In this document: positions 20,538 to 31,481 of the stretch, one piece after another | How the letters are laid out: each line of letters opens with the position of its first letter | Position numbering within the stretch: the stretch's first letter is position 1 | Origin: Prochlorococcus sp. AG-347-J21 | GTDB taxonomy: Bacteria > Cyanobacteriota > Cyanobacteriia > PCC-6307 > Cyanobiaceae | NCBI GenBank assembly: GCA_003281455.1 | Contig: QCBX01000004.1 | Location: 37,291 to 101,290, forward strand | Direction of reading: 5' to 3' | Length of the DNA: 64,000 nt | The notes under the pieces: generated by a model | The model's database searches: none | The model's input: only the letters and a program-made list of their open reading frames with translations | What the model was told of the DNA's origin: nothing | Translations under genes and position numbers: made by a program

Positions 20538-22010
20538 TTATTTATTTTTAATCCATTGAACTAGAGTTTTAACCCCAAAGCCAGTTGCACCTGATGGATT
20601 AATCCCTTTATTTTTTTCAGTCCAACAAGTGCCAGCAATATCAATATGAGCCCATTTTATATCTTCATGAAAGAATTCCTCTAGAAACAAAGCAGCAGTT
20701 ATTGACCCACCTGCTCTTGGTCCTGTATTTTTCATGTCAGCTATATGAGACTTTAAGCCTTCTTTATAGGATTTTTGTAAAGGCATTTGCCATAATTCTT
20801 CTCCAACCTCCGCTGATGCAGTTTTCAGATCATTTGCTAAATCGTTATTATTGCTCCAAAATCCAGCCACATCATTTCCTAATGCAACAACAATCGCTCC
20901 TGTTAAGGTTGCAAGATCTATGATTGAATCCGGCTTTAAATTGGATGCGTAAGTTAAAGCATCAGCTAATGTGAGTCTACCCTCAGCATCAGTGTTATTT
21001 ATTTCAATTGTCTTGCCATTAGATGCCTTTACTACATCTCCGGGATGTACTGCAGATCCATTTATCATGTTTTCGCAAGCTGCAACAATAAAATGTATTT
21101 CTAGTCCCTTTGGTTTTATTGCTCCAAGTGCCTTTGCTGCTCCTAAAACCGCAGCGCTTCCGCCCATATCATATTTCATCATCTCAATTTGAGAAGCTCC
21201 TACTTTCAGGTTGTATCCTCCAGAATCAAAGGTTAAACCCTTTCCAACAAGCGCAATCTTTTCTTTTATAGGTCCCTCTGACTGTAAAGTAAGATGTATA
21301 AATTTAGAATCTAGATCAGAACCTTTTGCTACAGCTAAATATGCACCCATACCTAAATCTTCACATTCTTTTGCCTCTAAAATTTTTACTTCCAAACCAT
21401 GATCTTTAGCTATTTGAGAAGCTTGCATAGACATTTCCAGGGGCGTTAGACTATTTGGAGGGGCAGCTACTAGTCTCCTTGCTAGTTCTACACCTTCACA
21501 TATTTTTTCTGTTTCTTCAAAGCTAATATTCTCAAATTTTTTTAAATTCAAAAACTCTATTTCTTTAAGAACTTTCTTTTCATCTTTTTTCTTATTAAAT
21601 CTATTGTCCTTATAAGCAGATAATCTGGCTGACTCTGCTAATTGATTTATTCCTAGATGTGAATTTATTAATTCCCAAGGTAGCAAGATGCTGATTTTTT
21701 CATTTTTGTCAACAGTATTCCTGATTAGATTTCCTATGGAGTTTTCTATATCACTTTTATTTAGGTCTTTCGATTTACCAAGACCAACCATGATTAATGT
21801 TTCTAATTTTTGATCTAAAAATTCAAAGCTTAAAGTTTTTCCTTTCTCTCCTTTGAATTTTTTTTGAGTAACTTTTTTCAGCAATAATTCTGGATCAATA
21901 ACAAATTTTATTTTTTCAAGTTGGATTGCAATTTCTTCCTCTAAAACTCCAAAAATTAATGAAGCACCTTGCCAGTTATCTAGATTTTTTTGGAATGTGG
22001 AAAATTGCAT
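20538..22010 (-). CDS. pepA: leucyl aminopeptidase (M17)
   Basis: [26 protein letters not shown] and [12 protein letters not shown] signatures. Confidence 0.95.
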   Translation of the reverse strand: MQFSTFQKNLDNWQGASLIFGVLEEEIAIQLEKIKFVIDPELLLKKVTQKKFKGEKGKTLSFEFLDQKLETLIMVGLGKSKDLNKSDIENSIGNLIRNTVDKNEKISILLPWELINSHLGINQLAESARLSAYKDNRFNKKKDEKKVLKEIEFLNLKKFENISFEETEKICEGVELARRLVAAPPNSLTPLEMSMQASQIAKDHGLEVKILEAKECEDLGMGAYLAVAKGSDLDSKFIHLTLQSEGPIKEKIALVGKGLTFDSGGYNLKVGASQIEMMKYDMGGSAAVLGAAKALGAIKPKGLEIHFIVAACENMINGSAVHPGDVVKASNGKTIEINNTDAEGRLTLADALTYASNLKPDSIIDLATLTGAIVVALGNDVAGFWSNNNDLANDLKTASAEVGEELWQMPLQKSYKEGLKSHIADMKNTGPRAGGSITAALFLEEFFHEDIKWAHIDIAGTCWTEKNKGINPSGATGFGVKTLVQWIKNK

Positions 22011-22034
22011 TTTTAAAATGGATTTAATTAACTT

Positions 22035-22646
22035 TTAGTTGTTTGTGAAAGTAGTTGCCCACCTATCTCGAGTTTCTTTATTGAAAGGTGGTAACCATAA
22101 ATATATCAGCTGCTGTTCTAATTTACGTCTTAATTTTACTTCTTTAGGTACATCTAAGAAGAAACGAATATCTTGGTGACTTGAGAGGTTGTTATGAGCT
22201 AGGGCTTCTTTATAGTTTATGAGGTAATTTTTACAGTCATGTTCTCCCTTCCATCTTTTATTTGCTGAATTTGTCTCTCCTATATAAAGGATTATTTTAG
22301 AACTCTCCATAGAATCAATTACAAAATACATTGCTGGACCATTGTGTATATATTGATTGGTTCTCCAAAAATTCAATGATAATGGTTGTAGGGAAAAAGG
22401 ATCAATTTTCCTTTCATTAGAAATTGTATTTATAGGAAGACTTGTTTGGTTCAAAGTTTCATCCTGAGTATCGTTTGAAATTTTGAATTGGTGATTATGG
22501 ATTCTATTTCTCCATTCAGTTAGGATTTTTGCTTTGATTTTTAGATTATTGGAGTGTTGGAAATTAATTGATGTATTTACATTTGGACCAAATAATTCAA
22601 ATTGTCTGTTTTGGTTTGAAATATTATTTAAGTTGAATTTTTCCAA
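22035..22646 (-). CDS. GIY-YIG-like domain protein, function unknown
   Basis: The C-terminal half has AMYFVID-x9-ILYIGET (GIY...YIG spacing), then a downstream R (NKRW) and an acidic helix (LEQQLIYLW). The N-terminal half is low-complexity N/Q-rich. Confidence 0.5.
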   Translation of the reverse strand: MEKFNLNNISNQNRQFELFGPNVNTSINFQHSNNLKIKAKILTEWRNRIHNHQFKISNDTQDETLNQTSLPINTISNERKIDPFSLQPLSLNFWRTNQYIHNGPAMYFVIDSMESSKIILYIGETNSANKRWKGEHDCKNYLINYKEALAHNNLSSHQDIRFFLDVPKEVKLRRKLEQQLIYLWLPPFNKETRDRWATTFTNN

Positions 22647-22797
22647 TATTAATGAAATATGTTTATTAAATTTTATTCTGAAAAAATATAAATCAAAGAA
22701 TTATTTATAAACTAAAATTTATTAATGTTCTAATCAATTTAAAAGATTCTTGTTATCTTGTAATTGAGCCTTAATCTTGCGAAGTTAAAAAATAGAA

Positions 22798-23121
22798 ATG
22801 GGATTTTTTGAGTCAGACATCGTTCAAGAAGAAGCTAAAAAGCTTTTTACTGATTACCAAGAACTTATGAAACTTGGATCTGATTATGGAAAATTTGACA
22901 GAGAAGGTAAAAAAATGTTTATAAAAAAAATGGAATCTCTAATGGATCGCTATAAGGTTTTTATGAAGAGATTTGAATTGTCTGAAGATTTTCAAGCAAA
23001 AATGACAGTAGAACAATTAAAAACACAGTTAAGCCAATTTGGTATTACTCCCGATCAAATGTTTGATCAGATGAATAAAACCTTAATAAGAATGAAGGAT
23101 GAACTTGATAAAACTTCTTAA
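22798..23121 (+). CDS. small helical conserved-hypothetical protein (107 aa)
   Basis: Clean ORF with ATG start, charged helical sequence, no motif recognised. Confidence 0.55.
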   Translation: MGFFESDIVQEEAKKLFTDYQELMKLGSDYGKFDREGKKMFIKKMESLMDRYKVFMKRFELSEDFQAKMTVEQLKTQLSQFGITPDQMFDQMNKTLIRMKDELDKTS

Positions 23122-23140
23122 ATTTAACTGTTAAAGCTAA

Positions 23141-24379
23141 ATGTCTGATCAATTAATATTGCCATCATGGCTGTCAAGAGGAATAGAAGAATACTTTCCA
23201 ATTAAGGGAACAGATCACACTTTTTCTGAGATAATTGATAATGCGAAAAAAAATAATAAAAAATTAAGGGTTAAACTCGGAATCGATCCAACTGGAACAG
23301 ATATTCATCTTGGGCACAGCATATTGTTCAAAAAACTTAGGGCATTCCAAGATAATGGACATGTTGCAGTTTTAATTATTGGAGATTTTACTGCTCAAAT
23401 TGGAGACCCAACTGGAAAAAATAAAACAAGAGTACAGTTATCGGAAAAACAAGTTAAGGATAATGCAAAAACATACTTAACCCAACTAGGAATGGGTAAA
23501 CCAGCTAATGAATCTATTTTAGATTTTGATTCAAAAGATAGAATAGAAATCAGGTATAACAGCGAATGGTTAAAAGGATTAGATCTTAATTCGATAATTG
23601 AATTAATGGGGAGTGCAACAGTGAGTCAAATGCTAGCTAAGGAGGAATTTAATAAAAGGTATACTTCACAAGTTCCAATTGCTTTGCATGAATTCTTATA
23701 TCCACTATTACAAGGTTATGATTCCGTGGTTGTTCAATCAGATATTGAACTTGGAGGTACAGATCAGAAATTTAATATCACAATAGGAAGAGATCTTCAA
23801 AGGCATTTTAAACAAGAACCTCAATTTGGAGTTCTTTTACCAATTTTGACAGGTTTAGATGGAATTAAAAAGATGAGTAAATCTGAATTTAACACCGTCG
23901 GTTTAACCGAAGATCCTCTTTCAATGTATTCAAAATTAGAAAAAGTACCAGATAATATAATACCAACCTATTTTGAATTACTTACTGAATTAGATTTAAG
24001 TTTGTTTGATAACTCAAATCCTCGTGAATTACAGAGAAGAATGGCTTTAGAAGTTACTACTTTGTTCCACGGAGCTGAAGAAGCATTAAAGGCGCAATCA
24101 AACTGCGAAAAATTATTTCTTGGATACAAAGAAAAAGTTGGAGAAATTCCAGAGATTTCATTAAAAGAAATAGCTTTTCCAGTTAAGTTTTTTTACTTGC
24201 TAAGTGCGCTAAAACTTTTCAGATCTAGCAGCGAATCTAAAAGATCTATTAAAGGTGGGGGTGTAAAAATTGATAGTCAGAAAGTAATAAATCCTGATTT
24301 AGTTTTTAATTCAAAAAATGATTTGGAAGGGAAAATTTTGCAAATTGGAAAAAAAATAATTAAGAGGTTTGAAAACTGA
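23141..24379 (+). CDS. tyrS: tyrosyl-tRNA synthetase
   Basis: HIGH-type motif (DIHLGH), KMSKS present verbatim, and a C-terminal S4-like domain ([12 protein letters not shown]). Confidence 0.9.
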   Translation: MSDQLILPSWLSRGIEEYFPIKGTDHTFSEIIDNAKKNNKKLRVKLGIDPTGTDIHLGHSILFKKLRAFQDNGHVAVLIIGDFTAQIGDPTGKNKTRVQLSEKQVKDNAKTYLTQLGMGKPANESILDFDSKDRIEIRYNSEWLKGLDLNSIIELMGSATVSQMLAKEEFNKRYTSQVPIALHEFLYPLLQGYDSVVVQSDIELGGTDQKFNITIGRDLQRHFKQEPQFGVLLPILTGLDGIKKMSKSEFNTVGLTEDPLSMYSKLEKVPDNIIPTYFELLTELDLSLFDNSNPRELQRRMALEVTTLFHGAEEALKAQSNCEKLFLGYKEKVGEIPEISLKEIAFPVKFFYLLSALKLFRSSSESKRSIKGGGVKIDSQKVINPDLVFNSKNDLEGKILQIGKKIIKRFEN

Positions 24380-24385
24380 AAATTG

Positions 24386-25114
24386 ATGAATAATAGATTT
24401 AATTCAGAAGATAAAATAATATTGGCAATTGATGGATTAGATGTAAATCAAGCAAAATTACTTTTGGAAAAATGTCCTAATATCAAGTGGGTGAAAGTTG
24501 GTTTAGAGCTTTTTGTTAGGGAAGGTCCAAGAGTTATTCAAATATTAAAAGGTTTAAATAAAAAAATTTTTTTAGACTTAAAATTTCATGATATTCCAAA
24601 TACAATGCGTGCAGCATGTTTCGAAGTTTCAAAATTAGGAGTTGATATAATTTCTATTCATGCTTCAGCAGGTTTAAAAGCCCTTAAGGATTCGAAGAAA
24701 GCATCTTTAGAAGGAGCTACCTCAGTCAGTGTTAAACCTCCATTTGTTGTAGGAATAACTGTTTTAACAAGCTTTTCTCTTAAAGATTTTCAAACTGATC
24801 TTGATAGAAATAATTCAATTGAAGAAAATGTATTGAGACTTGCAAAATTGTCTTTTGATGCTGGATTAGATGGATGTGTTTGTTCCCCTTGGGAGGTAAA
24901 AATGTTGAGATCTATTTATAAGAATAATTTTGAACTTATTACACCAGGCATCAGATTAAATATTGATAGTAAAGATGATCAAAATAGAATTATGACTCCC
25001 CATGAAGCTATAGATAATGGAGCTTCTAAACTAGTCATTGGTAGATCAATATCAAAAGCTATAGATCCTAATAAAGCTCTAATAGAAATATTTAAATCTA
25101 TTGATTTTGATTAA
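24386..25114 (+). CDS. pyrF: orotidine-5'-phosphate decarboxylase
   Basis: ILAIDG..., [12 protein letters not shown] and LVIGRSI motifs. ATG at 24386, with an in-frame TTG one codon upstream at 24383. Confidence 0.9.
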   Translation: MNNRFNSEDKIILAIDGLDVNQAKLLLEKCPNIKWVKVGLELFVREGPRVIQILKGLNKKIFLDLKFHDIPNTMRAACFEVSKLGVDIISIHASAGLKALKDSKKASLEGATSVSVKPPFVVGITVLTSFSLKDFQTDLDRNNSIEENVLRLAKLSFDAGLDGCVCSPWEVKMLRSIYKNNFELITPGIRLNIDSKDDQNRIMTPHEAIDNGASKLVIGRSISKAIDPNKALIEIFKSIDFD

Positions 25115-25691
25115 TTTTGGATTCTTCTCCCTTAATTAATCTTTTTATGTTTGTTCTATGTTTCCAGATTACTAATAAAGCCACAATTAAACTTATAAAA
25201 AAATATGAGTGCATAAATTGACCTAGGTAAAAAAACATAAAAATAGGAAGTAAAATTGCAGCTGAAATACTGGATAAAGAAACAAATTTAGTTTTTGTTA
25301 GGACTATTAGAAAAATTCCAAGAGATGCGAGTCCAACTTTCCAAGAAAGAGCTAAAAACATACCTAATCCAGTCGCGACAGCTTTTCCTCCTTTTCCTCT
25401 AAGCCATATTGGCCAAATATGTCCTGAGATAGCGCATATCCCTGCTATAACTTCTATTAATCCTTGATCGGTGTAATATTGAGCAATTTTTACTGCAATA
25501 AGGCCTTTCCCAACGTCAATGATAAATACAAAAAGTGCTGGCCATTTACCAACATTTCTTAAGACATTTGTGGCACCTGTAGATCCAGAACCTATAGTTC
25601 TTAGATCTATATTTTTGAGATATTTTCCAATTAAAAAACCTGTCGGAAGTGATCCTAAAAGATAACTTGTAAAAATTATTAAGATATTCAT
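25098..25691 (-). CDS. plsY: glycerol-3-phosphate acyltransferase PlsY
   Basis: [14 protein letters not shown]...[12 protein letters not shown]...[10 protein letters not shown]. Multi-TM protein. Confidence 0.9.
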   Translation of the reverse strand: MNILIIFTSYLLGSLPTGFLIGKYLKNIDLRTIGSGSTGATNVLRNVGKWPALFVFIIDVGKGLIAVKIAQYYTDQGLIEVIAGICAISGHIWPIWLRGKGGKAVATGLGMFLALSWKVGLASLGIFLIVLTKTKFVSLSSISAAILLPIFMFFYLGQFMHSYFFISLIVALLVIWKHRTNIKRLIKGEESKINQNQ

Positions 25692-25696
25692 AAGGC

Positions 25697-26707
25697 TTAG
25701 TTTAGTTCAAGATCATCGTAAATTTCATTATCTGAACCAGCAAATGCAACCCATAATGGGAATTGAAGTATTGGAATTTCAACAGAGGTTTCTGCTGCAT
25801 CAATGATAATAAATGGCAATTCTTCATCTGCCTCTAATCTATCAGCTCTTTCGATGACACCTTCAGGCCTTTCAAAAAGAACAATCCCACTATTAGGTCC
25901 AAAGTCATCCCTTGTGAGGCCAAGTGAATCTTGAAGAATTCTTCTCCATTCACCTAGTCGTTCAGGCTGAGAAGCTAAAATAAGAGTCTGAAACTGATCT
26001 CCATATAATTCGCCAAGAATAGATATTAAACCTGCTGATAATAAGGCATTTTTTTGTCGAGATCCTCTACTTTCAAGAGAACCTCTTCCGCCCATGTTAA
26101 AGAACCAATCATCCATAATTTCTATATCTGACGAATCAAGACTCCTTCTTAATTTCCAGGGTTCTGCATAAAAGTCAGGTTGTTCTGTGAAACTTGAAAA
26201 GCAAGTTTTTATAATATCTTCATCTGGCTTAAATGTTTCAGAAAGAGCAGGAACATTAACTATATTATTTGTGCTATTGTTTTGCTTTTCCTCATCAAGG
26301 GGAGAAGGCTTTACGATTATTGGTTGAGAAACTAATTCAAGTTTCTCTACGTTTTGTGAAAGATTCTGCAAAGCTCCAGTTAAGTACTCTTGAAAGCCTT
26401 TAACTCTTTTTGCGATATTATCTGACTGTCCTTTAAAATTTGACTCAATATCTTTTTCTATCTCATTTTTTTTTGTTTCTAACTGTTTTATTTCTTTAAC
26501 CAAAGAGTCTTTTTTTGCAACGAGATCTTTAAAAATTTCATTAGAAATTTCATCAAAAGATTTTGTTGATTTGGCGTTTTTTGGTGTAATTTTTTTATTT
26601 TGCGTTGTATTTTTCTTACTAATTTGTTTGGTTTTATCATCTGAAATTGACTTATCTATTATTAATTCCTTTTCAGGATTATTGTCGGAAATTTCTGTAT
26701 TGGTCAT
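25697..26707 (-). CDS. conserved cyanobacterial hypothetical protein with N-terminal K/E-rich coiled coil and acidic C-terminal domain
   Basis: 336 aa. Coiled-coil stretch [20 protein letters not shown]. The C-terminal domain ([36 protein letters not shown]) was not recognised as an enzyme. Confidence 0.55.
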   Translation of the reverse strand: MTNTEISDNNPEKELIIDKSISDDKTKQISKKNTTQNKKITPKNAKSTKSFDEISNEIFKDLVAKKDSLVKEIKQLETKKNEIEKDIESNFKGQSDNIAKRVKGFQEYLTGALQNLSQNVEKLELVSQPIIVKPSPLDEEKQNNSTNNIVNVPALSETFKPDEDIIKTCFSSFTEQPDFYAEPWKLRRSLDSSDIEIMDDWFFNMGGRGSLESRGSRQKNALLSAGLISILGELYGDQFQTLILASQPERLGEWRRILQDSLGLTRDDFGPNSGIVLFERPEGVIERADRLEADEELPFIIIDAAETSVEIPILQFPLWVAFAGSDNEIYDDLELN

Positions 26708-26742
26708 TTAAATAATTTTGATGATTAGGCAAAGTCTGAATT

Positions 26743-27159
26743 TTAAGAATTTTTAATTTCCAGGGAGTCAACTTTTTTTATGAGCTCATCTTTTAATTGC
26801 TTTGGATTAAATAAAATTGGTAATAAATGAGGACTGGACTTTTCTCTAAAGTAAAAAATACCTGGGATTATAGGGAAAAAGAATTTCCATGATATCCAGT
26901 GCTTGAATGGAAAAGTTCTTATCTCTTTCCCTAATTGTAAAACGATAAAATCATCATTAGTTATTTTAATTCTTAAGGTGAATGACTGAAGTAATAAAAA
27001 AAAGCTAAAAGAAGCAAAAACGATTGTTGGCAAAGAACCAATATTCAAAAACAAAAGCATAAAACTTAAAACTATTAAAATGATTGGCAACTGAAATGAA
27101 GGAGATATTATTACTGGCTCCTCTTTTTTTGATTTAGTATTAAACATAGAATCAACCAA
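26743..27159 (-). CDS. small membrane protein (138 aa, 2-3 TM)
   Basis: Hydrophobic segments. The start overlaps the upstream permease gene by 8 nt. Confidence 0.55.
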   Translation of the reverse strand: MVDSMFNTKSKKEEPVIISPSFQLPIILIVLSFMLLFLNIGSLPTIVFASFSFFLLLQSFTLRIKITNDDFIVLQLGKEIRTFPFKHWISWKFFFPIIPGIFYFREKSSPHLLPILFNPKQLKDELIKKVDSLEIKNS

Positions 27160-27907
27160 ATAAAATTTGCGTTAGTAATACATCCATTAAAGATACAGTA
27201 ACGAGAGTCATTACAACTGCACCTGTTGTACTTGTACCAACTTCTTTGGGACCTCCTTTAGTTGTGAGTCCATATCCACAAGCAATGATTGAAATAAGTA
27301 ATCCGAACACTACAGATTTTATTAACATTGAAGTTAAGTCTGTACTGGTTAAACTCACATTTCCTGATCTTACAGATGTCCAAAAAACTATTGGAGGAAC
27401 TTTATAAAAAATTGTGCTCCAAATTTGTCCACTCCATAAAGCTACAGATAAAAACAAAAGACACTGTATTGGAGACATTATTACCATCGATAGTAACCTT
27501 GGGACTACCAAATATTGGACTGGTTCCGTCCTTAACATGGTTATTGCCTCAATTTGTTCTGTGACTTTCATAGTGCCCAGTTGAGCAGCATAGGCAGTGG
27601 CAACCTTTCCAGTCATTAAAGTAGCAGTTAGAAGAGGGGCCATTTCTCTCGCCATGCCTACTGCTAATAAACCTCCAATTTCACTTGAAACCCCCATACT
27701 TGTAAGTTGTGATGCAACTTGAATATTAAAAACTGTACCTGCGGCAATTCCAGTAATTAATACAATTAATAAACTGCCAGGACCTGACTCCATAAGTTGG
27801 TCAAAGAGATCATTTTTGGAAATTTTTCCCTTAAAGATAAAATTAATTGCTTGCCCTCCAATGATTAAGCTGCTTAGAAGTCTTTTGAAAAAATTTAGGT
27901 AATACAT
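27152..27907 (-). CDS. MlaE/TGD1-type ABC transporter permease (lipid trafficking family)
   Basis: 251 aa polytopic protein with the MlaE-like core: GPGSLLIVLITGIAAGTVF...GGLLAVGMAREMAPLLTATLMTGKVATAYAAQLGTMKVTEQIEA. Confidence 0.75.
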   Translation of the reverse strand: MYYLNFFKRLLSSLIIGGQAINFIFKGKISKNDLFDQLMESGPGSLLIVLITGIAAGTVFNIQVASQLTSMGVSSEIGGLLAVGMAREMAPLLTATLMTGKVATAYAAQLGTMKVTEQIEAITMLRTEPVQYLVVPRLLSMVIMSPIQCLLFLSVALWSGQIWSTIFYKVPPIVFWTSVRSGNVSLTSTDLTSMLIKSVVFGLLISIIACGYGLTTKGGPKEVGTSTTGAVVMTLVTVSLMDVLLTQILFG

Positions 27908-27916
27908 ATCTTTATA

Positions 27917-29314
27917 TTAGTTTGTAATTAATTTTCGATCCCATTTTCTCATGATTAAAAGACCAATTATTACTAATACTGAGGGTATAAATCCAATACA
28001 TAATCTAATAGTTAATTGTGCTGAGTAGCATTGTTCAATAATATTTAGACTATCTTTATCAACAAAGCATGATTGATAACCTGATAAATATAATAAAAAT
28101 CCTAATAATTGAACACTAAGCGCGATACCAATCTTCTGAATAAGTACCATCCAGGCAGTATATAATCCTGCCGGTTTCTCAGGGTCTTCGTCTATTGCAT
28201 CAGGAAGTAGTGACCAAGGGATAAGAAAAGCTGTTGAAGCTCCAATGCCAATAAGACAGATTATTAAAATTAAAAGAATGAACAGAAATATGTTGCCGGC
28301 ATTTAGGAATAAACTATCTCCAACTCCTGAAATTTTTGATAATGAAGGTAAAAATAAAGCTGCAGTACATGAAATAATCCACATAATTGCTCCATAATTT
28401 AATGCTGTAATCCTATTCAATTTATTTGATACTCTGGCCCATATTTGTAAACCCACTAAAGCGCTAATTTGGAAAGGTATCGGGATCCACTTCGCAATAT
28501 ATGTAGGCACATTCAGTACATCCTCTACATAGATTAAGGCTACTGTTTGCATCAATTGTAAGGCGCACCAGAGAAGAATATAAAGCGTAATAACTTTTAA
28601 AAATTTTTTATTTCTGAAGATCCTTCTGAATTGAAGTGTTATGGCTTCAACTTTACCGGAAGGCCTTCTTGCTTTTTTTGCGAATGGAGCCAAACCCCAA
28701 CAAGAAATTAATGTTGCAGCAACTGCAATACATCCGCTTATTTTACCCATTAAAAAATATTCATTACTAACTGATCCTTCAGAACCTAATACAACTCCTG
28801 CAATTATTAGACCAGTTAGTCCTGCAATTATTGAGCCAGTAAATCTAGATGCGTTTAGCCTTGTTCTTATTGTTGTTTTTTCAGAAATTTCAGTAGATAG
28901 AGCTGCAAATGGGAGATTAATACTTGTATAAGCAGTCATTACGATTATGGAAATTATGGCATAGTAAATAGTCTTGGTGAGCACGGAACCAGTGGGTGTC
29001 CACCATATCGCAGCCAAAGAGAAACCAAGAGGAACAGATGCTACCACCATCCAGGGGATTCTAGGCCCCCATCTTGATTTAGTACGATCACTTAACCATC
29101 CAATTAACGGATCATTTATTGCATCCCATATCTTTATTAACATTAATAATGAACCTGCAATTATTACTGGTAAACCAGCAGAAATAAAGAATTTGAATAG
29201 AAAAAAACCAAATTGCGTCGCTACTAAACCTGTTCCTGCATCTCCCAACCCATAAGAAAACATTAATCTTGTTGTTGATCTAGTAATATTTTTTTTCGAG
29301 TGTGAGTTTTCCAA
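27917..29314 (-). CDS. glycoside-pentoside-hexuronide (GPH/MelB-type) cation symporter
   Basis: GPH signature DAINDPLIGWLSDRTKSRWGPRIPWM, about 12 TM. Confidence 0.8.
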   Translation of the reverse strand: MENSHSKKNITRSTTRLMFSYGLGDAGTGLVATQFGFFLFKFFISAGLPVIIAGSLLMLIKIWDAINDPLIGWLSDRTKSRWGPRIPWMVVASVPLGFSLAAIWWTPTGSVLTKTIYYAIISIIVMTAYTSINLPFAALSTEISEKTTIRTRLNASRFTGSIIAGLTGLIIAGVVLGSEGSVSNEYFLMGKISGCIAVAATLISCWGLAPFAKKARRPSGKVEAITLQFRRIFRNKKFLKVITLYILLWCALQLMQTVALIYVEDVLNVPTYIAKWIPIPFQISALVGLQIWARVSNKLNRITALNYGAIMWIISCTAALFLPSLSKISGVGDSLFLNAGNIFLFILLILIICLIGIGASTAFLIPWSLLPDAIDEDPEKPAGLYTAWMVLIQKIGIALSVQLLGFLLYLSGYQSCFVDKDSLNIIEQCYSAQLTIRLCIGFIPSVLVIIGLLIMRKWDRKLITN

Positions 29315-29375
29315 TCTTTTTACTTTGTTGATCGTTTGATAATGTATTATTGCAATGGTAATTCTATTACTTAAT

Positions 29376-29446
29376 GCGGGCGTGGTTTAGTGGTAAAACC
29401 TCAGCCTTCCAAGCTGAAGATGCGGGTTCGATTCCCGCCGCCCGCT
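29376..29446 (+). tRNA. tRNA-Gly (UCC)
   Basis: Acceptor GCGGGCG/CGCCCGC, anticodon stem TCAGC/GCTGA with loop CTTCCAA (anticodon TCC), T arm GCGGG-TTCGATT-CCCGC. CCA is not encoded. Confidence 0.95.
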
Positions 29447-29462
29447 TCTAGAATCAATTATT

Positions 29463-31481
29463 TTAGGCCCCAAACACTTCCTCTGCAATGATTAATAAAG
29501 AGCTTCTACTCTTTATTGAAACAAATTTTTCATTAATAGTTAAGGGTTCAAAAGTATCATTCATACTAGTGTCAATAACTTTTAACCAATTATATTTACA
29601 TTTCGGCAAGGGGAAATCGATGCTTTTTGAATATGCATTTAAACCTATCCAGACCACAGGATTGGTATTGCCTTTATTAATGCTAAATGTAACTGTGTGA
29701 GACCAACTACTCCAATCGGGGCTATCTAACTTTGTTCCATGCCAATGATATGTTGGAATCTTTTGGTTGGGTTGATTGTTAGGGAAGAATGATGGATTAA
29801 AAATATTTATTAGTTTTTTTCGGATTTTAATAACGTATTTAAAATATTCTAATAATTCCAAATCTTGTTGACCGTGATCCCAATTCATCCAGCCCAATAA
29901 ATTATTTTGGCACCAAGAATTATTGTTACCGCCTTGTGACCTTCCTATCTCATCACCCATAAGTATCATTGGAACACCTTTAGAAATAAGTAAACTAAGA
30001 ATAAGATTTTTTTGTTGTCTTTTTCTTAAATCATTTATTAATACGTTTGTAGTTGGCCCCTCTGTACCATGATTCCAAGAATTGTTATGGTTATCACCAT
30101 CTCTATTTTGTTCATTATTGGCAAAATTATGTTTTCTATTGAAAGTTACTAAATCTTTTAGAGTGAAACCATCATGTGAAGTGATGAAATTTATTGATTT
30201 TGGGAAAATATTCTCTTTTTTATAAATCGATGGAGTACCTTTTATTTTATCGCTCATTTTCCAAGCTGTATCTTTATCCCCTTTCCAAAATCTCCGCAAG
30301 TCATCTCTAAAATGACCATTCCAAGTGAAAGTATTCTTAGATGGGAAATCACCTAATTTATATAAACCACCACAATCCCATGGCTCACTTATAAACTTTA
30401 TATCAACAAGCTCTGGTTCACATTCTATATCTTCAAAAATTGGAGGATTTTCAAGTGGCGAAAGATTTTCTCCTCTAGAAAGGGCAATTCCTAAATCAAA
30501 TCTAAAACCATCTACTCCAAATTCACTCGCCCAACATTTTAAAGATTCAATTATTAGTTTTCTAACTAATCCTCTGTTTGCTGCAATAGTATTACCGCAC
30601 CCTGAGACGTCCTGATAATTTTTATCTTTTCCTATAAAGTAATAAAGATTTTCATCTATACCTTTCCAAGATATTGCAGGTCCTTGAGAATCTCCCTCAG
30701 AGGTGTGATTGTATACAACATCTAAGATGACTTCAATATCTGCTTTATGACATTCCTCTACTAATCTTCTAAATTCCTCTCTATTTTTTTCGGCGGACTC
30801 ATTAGAAAGATATTCAACATGAGGGGTAAACCAATTGATTGGACTATAACCCCAAAAATTCTCTAAACCATTTGGTGCATCAGTTGGATCAAAACAAAAA
30901 ATTGGAAGTAATTCAATTGTTGTAATGCCGAGTTCTTTGAGATACGGAATTTTTTTTAAAAATTTCTTGAAACAACTTTCATTTTTATGAGTTGATTCAG
31001 TAAAGGATTTGATATGGAGTTCGTAAATAATTGTTTCTTCCCAAGAATGTTTAGGTCTTGGATAATCCTTAAAATTAAATAATTTTCTATCGCAAACAAC
31101 GCTTTTAAGACAAGAATTAGTATTTTCGTGCGTTTTCAATGCATTTTCCCTTTTATAACTTCCCCATCCCGTAATACCCCTTGAGCATGGATCAAGTAAT
31201 ACTTTTTTTTCATAGTTATTATTAATTTCATTATTTTTTTGTTTTACTCTAAAAGCATAAATACAACCTTCATTAAGATTTTTTATTTCCGCGTGCCAGT
31301 AGGGACCTGTATTATGTTGCTGATCTAGTTTCAATATCCTTTTTGGCGAAATAGAGTCCTCTTCTTCAAACAATAAGATTTCTACATATTCTGCATTTGT
31401 GGCTACTAGGGAAAAATTAACCCCTTGTGTAGTAAGAGAACTTCCTAAAGGAAATGGCTTACCTTTTTTGATATGAGTCAC
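29463..31481 (-). CDS. glgX: glycogen debranching enzyme / isoamylase (GH13)
   Basis: GH13 regions DVVYNHTSEG, GVDGFRFDLG, SEPWD and FITSHDGFTLKD, with a GlgX-type N-terminus (PFPLGSSLTTQGVNFSL). Confidence 0.9.
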   Translation of the reverse strand: MTHIKKGKPFPLGSSLTTQGVNFSLVATNAEYVEILLFEEEDSISPKRILKLDQQHNTGPYWHAEIKNLNEGCIYAFRVKQKNNEINNNYEKKVLLDPCSRGITGWGSYKRENALKTHENTNSCLKSVVCDRKLFNFKDYPRPKHSWEETIIYELHIKSFTESTHKNESCFKKFLKKIPYLKELGITTIELLPIFCFDPTDAPNGLENFWGYSPINWFTPHVEYLSNESAEKNREEFRRLVEECHKADIEVILDVVYNHTSEGDSQGPAISWKGIDENLYYFIGKDKNYQDVSGCGNTIAANRGLVRKLIIESLKCWASEFGVDGFRFDLGIALSRGENLSPLENPPIFEDIECEPELVDIKFISEPWDCGGLYKLGDFPSKNTFTWNGHFRDDLRRFWKGDKDTAWKMSDKIKGTPSIYKKENIFPKSINFITSHDGFTLKDLVTFNRKHNFANNEQNRDGDNHNNSWNHGTEGPTTNVLINDLRKRQQKNLILSLLISKGVPMILMGDEIGRSQGGNNNSWCQNNLLGWMNWDHGQQDLELLEYFKYVIKIRKKLINIFNPSFFPNNQPNQKIPTYHWHGTKLDSPDWSSWSHTVTFSINKGNTNPVVWIGLNAYSKSIDFPLPKCKYNWLKVIDTSMNDTFEPLTINEKFVSIKSRSSLLIIAEEVFGA

